Origin: Neophaeotheca triangularis
Taxonomy: Eukaryota
Reading direction: 5' to 3'
Length of the DNA stretch: 64,000 bases
Assembly: GCA_054600435.1 (NCBI GenBank)
Contig: BAAIJX010000055.1
Coordinates: 62,001 to 126,000 of the forward strand
The notes under the pieces are model-generated. The model made no database searches, was not told the origin of the DNA, and saw only the letters and a program-made list of their open reading frames with translations. The position numbers and the translations under genes were made by a program. Positions within the stretch are counted from its first letter, which is position 1, and each line of letters begins with the position of its first letter. This document shows, in pieces, positions 59,303 through 64,000 of the stretch.

Positions 59303-60581
59303 TCATCCCACTTGGATATCCGAGGGCGCAGCGCTATCACACAGACTTTGAGAAACTCGAGCTTCCCAGAAAGCGCAAGTCAGGCCCTTGTAGTGCGCAA
59401 TACCAGCAGCAAACACCAAAAGGTGAAAGATCTGATGGCTCGCGCCCACGAAATCGAAGCGATGTGGGAACCACGCCTCTGGCAGCTAAAAGGTATATCA
59501 GCATCAGCAAAACAAAGCCATCGGAACTTTTTCCGCCGCACGTACCCTCGAAGCATAAAAAGCGGCACCAAGGAGGTTCAGAACCCCCGTCAGCGCCATC
59601 CACTCCAGCGCCAAACGCCTCTTTTGCACCGCAAAACCGTAGAGCAGGATGCTGTGCGAGATGAAGAAGACGGCCGACAGCCCAAAGCAACTGTACATCA
59701 GCGCGCGGTATTTGCGGAACGTTGGACCCAGAAAACTCGGGTGTAGCGTGAACAATATGCAGCCGAAAGCGCTGAACGAGACCTGGAAAGTGTTAGCGAG
59801 CTTCCTGAGAGTTGGGCTCTTCAACTGGCCGTACCAATGCCCAATGCAAGCGCTCAAGGCTCGGTTCGCAGATGAAGGCGTAGTGGATGGACGGCAAACT
59901 GGCGCCCCACATGAGTAACACGATGCCGCAGAAGTCGAGACGGTTGCCCAAGGCGGCAGCGGGAGGGGAGAGGTTCCAGATGATGTGGCAGCTGCAACGG
60001 CGGTCAGTTGCAAACTCTACGGACGAGTGGTGCGGACTTGTTGACCATGCGGAGCTCGCGAAGCATATCGCTACCCCGAGGAAATAGAGTGTGAAGAGCA
60101 CGGCTTCAGTGGGCTCGGGGTCAGTGGCTTTCTGGTAGGTGGTCGTGTAGAAGTGTACTGGCAGCCAGGCGAAAAGCGCGGCGCCGACGGTGTGTGAATG
60201 GATATTGACTGCACCATGTTAGCTAATGTATTAGGTGGGAGCTTTTTGGATGCTCGACTTGCTGGTTTCATTGTGCCAGGCGAACATGCTTTTGAACGAT
60301 CCTAGCCATGAGCCAGAAGTTGGTCTAAAAGGTTTAGCAAGATGTCTTGGACGAGTCATTGAGGCTTCATACCTGTAGCCGGACAAGAGGTACTCGTTGT
60401 CCCTGTATATCCTCAGTCGCTCGTTCGTTCAGATATATCAGCTTTCGACGTTTACCTCTGCCAAGGGGCTGCGTTCGGTCAGCATATGCCTGCCAGGACC
60501 AAGGAGATACAACCCACGTAGCTCATGGTAGCGAAGAAGAGATTGTTGTCTTGCCTCTTTGGGTTTGACATGGGCTGACAT
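59303..60581 (-). CDS. PAQR / haemolysin-III family membrane protein (Izh-like), 8 exons including 13-nt and 30-nt micro-exons and a GC-AG intron
   Basis: Splicing rebuilds LPPWQRDNEYLLSGYR, HNETINIHSH, GNRLDFCGI, FYASRLPEAWFPHRFDFVGASHQIFH. Confidence 0.88.
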
Positions 60582-61294
60582 GTCCAGAACAATCAAGCAA
60601 AGATTAGATGTTTGGAGGAGTGATCAAGGGCAACGTGAATGTAGTCGAAGAGCGAAAATGAAACTTGGGCGCGGACAAAGATCTAGGGCTATGAGCCCAG
60701 ACACGCCAAATGCAGACCATGATGGCACTTGTATCGCCTTATGCGAGCTCCAAGGTATCCATTGTTGTCGCAGCTGCTCGACCAGTCACAACGACGTTCG
60801 TGGGTAGAAGTTGTTCGTGTTTAGGCTCACGGCGCTAAAATCCTCTCGGCCAACCAATCCTGTTGAGGGGGCCCAGTAATAACATACATAGATTGCTTCT
60901 GCATGGGCGGCATTGTTGTTTGTTTCTGCATTTTTCCATTGCAGCATGACTTGTATCACTTATACAGATGTTGCATGCTTGGTCGTGGCCATGCCTGCAA
61001 CGACGCTCTACTCACCCATGAGCATTGTCTAAGCCGCCCCAGCTTCCAACCGCCTCGAAGCGCTCACTCGCAGATGTATATATGTATATATATATATATC
61101 TCTCTAGCCGAGCACTGTTGCCTTTGCATGGCACTCGACGCCTCAATCAGTGGCAGGCTCAGGTTGCAGACCGCTTTCCAACAAGCTGCCTAATAAGTCT
61201 GAAGTACAAGTAAGCATGCCCACGCTAGACAATTGAACTTCACTACCATCCGTACCCACCTTTTTTCATTTTTCCCTTGAACTCAAAAGTAGCA

Positions 61295-62996
61295 ATGGGC
61301 CTTTCCATCGAGCTGACATCCAACCAATACAACGCGACAAAGGTTGGATGGGTTAACGAGCCTAACGGAAGGGGCACACTCAGCATACTCGTATCATGCC
61401 TCTCCTCGCTTATACTGTCATCATGGGCGGTGATGCATCTCAACGTTCCCAAGCAAAAGTCTTCGACGCCAAGGCAGCTAGCAACATATCTCTACTGGTG
61501 TCTCTACGGCATCTTTGGTCCAGAGTTGGTCATATGGACAGCGTGGCGGCAATTGCTCTCTGCATGGGCGCTCAGAGATCAACTACGCAAGGTACGACTT
61601 TTCACCATTGCGTGACTACTCACCGTTGACCTTTCTTCAGGTTGGAAACGACAAGTGGTCGATTACCCAGGGGTTTTACGCCGTCATGGGCGGGCTTGCA
61701 GTAGACTGGAGTTCTGCAAAAGGCTCCACATCTAAGCCTTTCACTGACGGCACGACGAGAATGAGTCTAACGCCCAAAGGCATTCTCCTCCTGGCGAAGT
61801 GCGGTCGCCTCCCCGAGGTATCCGAGAGAGAGATTCTGGATAAGAGCAAGGTTGACGAGATTGGAAAGGTTCTGGCGTGCATGCAGGTCACCTGGATGAT
61901 CGTGCAAGTCTGTGCCAGACTCGGCCTCGACTTGCCTGTTACCACACTTGAGGTCACAGCAGTATCTCACGTGGTCTGCGCGCTCGTGCTTTATGCGCTC
62001 TGGTGGTACAAGCCTCGCAAAGTCGAAGAACCCACTGTTATCTCCGGTGATTGGGTTAAGCCTTTGGCTGCTTTTATGTTGATGTGTAGCCGAGAAAGCG
62101 AGAGGCAGATGCTTCCTGGCTATCACCTGCAAGGCGAGGGTTCGGAGATTGCGGGCTTGAAATTGGAAGCAAAGGATACCGAGCAATATCTTTTCGAGTT
62201 TGTTTGGAAAACCGAGCCATCGACGAAGCGACAGCATGAGCGACCCTTTTCTAGAAGTGTTTCAAGCGACTCGCCCGATGCAGACCAGCCATTGCAGACG
62301 CCCGAAGACCCCAATGACAAGGTCTTTTTGGAAATAGCCAATGAGAGGTGGCAACTCGCCAAAATCGCCATTCGGGACTATCCAGCAGTACGCGAGCTTC
62401 TGCAACCACCTGTCAGTGACAAGCATCGCAAGCTGGCAAATGCCTTAGCCACCTATCCAGAGATGCCCGAGAAATGCCGTGAGGCGCGTGGTGTCGAGGA
62501 AGCCCCTACAGAGAATGCGGGCTGGCTGGAGTGCAATACACAGCACCTGGTGGCAACAGTCGCGAGCAACTGGCCTCACGACGGCCTCCTACGAACAACG
62601 AGCGGTCTTTGGATAGGCGCGAGTCTATGGCTAGTGAGTTTCGTCTACAGCGGCATACACATCGCTGCCTGGAACGCGGCCTTCCCCTCGGAGCTCGAAG
62701 CATGGCTGTGGAGGTTCTCGTCGTTGTATATTGCTTTCTCCGGACTACTCTGGGCTGGTATTCACATCCTCGCGCACTTCTCGGCCAAGATCTGGTGGGC
62801 TTGGTACGATGTTATGAGTGGAGAGGCTTCAAGACCAATGACAGTGCCGCTTACAGTGGTTTGCAGTGTTTGTGGACTTGCATACATTTTTTCTAGGGTG
62901 TTTCTGATCGTGGAGGCGTTGATCTCATTACGATATCTGCCCGTTGCTGCTTATGTTGTGCCGGAATGGACTCTTGGTGTACCTCATGTAGCATAG
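61295..62996 (+). CDS. Fungal multi-pass membrane protein of unknown function; intron 61592-61640
   Basis: VGWVNEPNGRGTLSILVSC, HLNVP, WSITQGFYAVMGG, ILDKSKVD, LPVTTLEV, WWYKP, HIAAWNAAFPSELEAWLWR motifs; several hydrophobic segments. Confidence 0.82.
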
Positions 62997-63197
62997 TGCC
63001 AATGTCATCTTTGCAAGCCAATGTCACTTTTGCAACTCTTATCCTTCCATGGAGACCGCACGGGTCACAAGTTTGTGGCAGGTAGTGCAATCTTGAGGTG
63101 GTCGTCGGAAAACTCTGATCGGAATAGAGAGTTACTAAGGTATCTATTCTTGTCCACTCGCAGTAAACAACTACTTCTTCTGACGTAGCAGAAGCAT

Positions 63198-64000
63198 CTA
63201 GCAAACTACTAAGTGTTAGCGCAGCCCCTTGGTCGAACTGGAGGGGCGACTTACTCCCAATAACGCCATTCACCGGGATATCAATCGACGTGGTATAACT
63301 CGCAGCATCGCTAAGCAAGTAGACGTAAGCGCCACCAAGCTCCTCAACCTCCGCAAGCCGTGGCATGCCACCATAGTACTTGAGCTGCTGCTCCCAGTCC
63401 GGTTGCTGAGGGACCCAGTAAGTCATGGCGGTGTTGACGAGTCTAATTTACAACCACTATTAGCAAAACCACAACTTCGAAAGGAGCAAGACAACCTACC
63501 CAGGGGACACAGAGTTGACACGGATACTGTACTGCGCCCACTCCATAGCAAGCGTGTGCGTCATGTTCCTGATCCCGGCTTTGCTGGCTCCATACGGCGC
63601 AGAAGGGACCCGCTTGTTGGGGCGATAACTCGCCATGCTCGCGGTGAACACCACGCTGCCCTTGACGCCGAGCTTGATGAAAGCCCTCGCGGCCACACGC
63701 GCGCAGTAGAAAGCGCCAAACAAGTTGATATTCCACAACTGCTCGATCTCCTCGGTGGTGAAATCGAGCGCGGGTTTGTGTTTGGTCCGGCCCGCATTAA
63801 CGACCATGCCATGGATCGCACCAGCTTTGGAGATGATTTCGTCAACGGCGGCCGTGGCGGAGGCTTCCGAGGTCACGTCGGCTTTCAGCGCGTGCAGTTG
63901 GTTTGGGTACTTTTTCTGGATTTCGAGGAAGTCGTCGCCGGTCTCGCCAATGTCGATGCTGAAGACATGCGCGGCGCCGTTGGAGAGGCAGGAATTGGCT
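63198..64000 (-). CDS. Short-chain dehydrogenase/reductase (polyol/sorbose reductase-like), 5' end outside the window; two introns visible
   Basis: VNAG, NLFG, TASMAS, catalytic YGASK, IRVNSVSPG; introns GTAGGT..TAG (about 63499-63444) and GTAAGT..TAG (from about 63254). Confidence 0.9.

Overview
Eukaryotic DNA from an intron-containing filamentous ascomycete. Short GT-AG introns with CTRAC branch points and the gene content suggest Pezizomycotina, probably a Dothideomycete; the lineage is an inference. Most of the window is housekeeping genes: PFK26-type 6-phosphofructo-2-kinase, RFC4, a Pex39/DUF5572-like gene, SCD6/LSM14, HDA1, NRD1/Seb1, EMC7, an aldo-keto reductase, citrate synthase, YHM2, CWC21, SER1, LYS4, a PAQR gene and a partial SDR. 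A HET-domain gene lies at the left end. Between RFC4 and the Pex39-like gene (about 12.1-28.1 kb) is an accessory-looking interval. It holds decayed ORF remnants, a secreted protein with a 12-Cys 14-residue ladder, two diverged copies each of two uncharacterised gene families (an F-box-like A family and a Cys/His-rich putative Zn-binding B family, arranged A<- trx-> B-> A'-> B'->), and a 615-bp non-autonomous hAT-type element with 15-bp TIRs and an 8-bp TSD. An snR52-like box C/D snoRNA sits in intron 2 of SCD6. Several intergenic tracts look RIP-mutated. All gene models and alignments were made by eye, with no database searches.
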